This document shows positions 63,824-64,000 of a stretch of 64,000 nt of DNA, piece after piece (the first letter of the stretch is position 1; every line of letters begins with the position of its first letter). Source of the stretch: Cyanidioschyzon merolae (lineage: Eukaryota); the NCBI GenBank assembly GCA_000091205.1, contig AP006498.2. One strand, given 5' to 3'. The position numbers and the translations under genes are program-made. The notes beneath the pieces were generated by a model that searched no databases, was not told the origin of the DNA, and was given only the letters and a program-made list of their open reading frames with translations.

Positions 63824-64000
63824 GGGAAACCTCTTTGGCCTTATGCGCTTTTGTCAGCTCCATCGTGGTTGTGCTTCCACGTTACGTGCACCAGAGGAGC
63901 AGAAAGGCTCCCAGTGATCGGTTCCGGGGCTGGACCATCCGAAAACGATATAGAGGTCCGCAACATCCGCCAATACGCATGCAAGAAAATTTTCCGGACC

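Noticed and set aside
1-64000. A prokaryotic defence or novel operon-type 'system' (the task framing suggests one might be present)
   Set aside because: Every recognisable gene belongs to a eukaryote-specific family. Genes are monocistronic and 1-3 kb apart on alternating strands. There are no RBS-coupled gene strings, no CRISPR repeats and no phage-like modules. I found no clustered multi-gene system of that kind.

Overview
This 64-kb window is GC-rich (about 55-60% by eye) and is clearly eukaryotic nuclear DNA rather than prokaryotic. The recognisable genes are eukaryote-specific families: the histone chaperone HIRA, the meiotic protein HOP2/TBPIP, an NDR/LATS kinase, a sphingolipid delta-4 desaturase, a DDX19/Dbp5 RNA helicase, AHA1, an APC10/DOC-domain protein and an SPT7-like bromodomain+BTP protein. 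There are about 20 protein genes on both strands, roughly one per 3 kb. Each reads as a single uninterrupted ORF with no sign of introns. Intergenic spacers are 1-3 kb. I see no operons, CRISPR arrays or rRNA genes.

The most distinctive element is a circularly permuted tRNA-Lys(UUU) gene at about 41.2-41.36 kb. Its 3' acceptor and T-stem strand lies upstream of an otherwise intact 5' portion, and it is flanked by a TATA element and a T-run terminator. Taken together with the intron-free, compact, GC-rich architecture, this is my inference that the source is a cyanidialean red alga of the Cyanidioschyzon merolae type. That assignment is inference, not proof.

Other things worth a second look:
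- a low-GC island of about 1.9 kb carrying a frameshifted, stop-interrupted ORF, probably a mobile-element relic;
- two families of diverged dispersed repeats (a pair of about 0.6 kb and a pair with a near-identical 48-nt core);
- three promoter-proximal minisatellites;
- a G19 homopolymer;
- a PFA-DSP/Siw14-family phosphatase homologue whose catalytic P-loop lacks the canonical Cys and Arg, suggesting a pseudophosphatase.

Functional calls come from motif recognition from memory, not database searches. All coordinates of N-termini are approximate.
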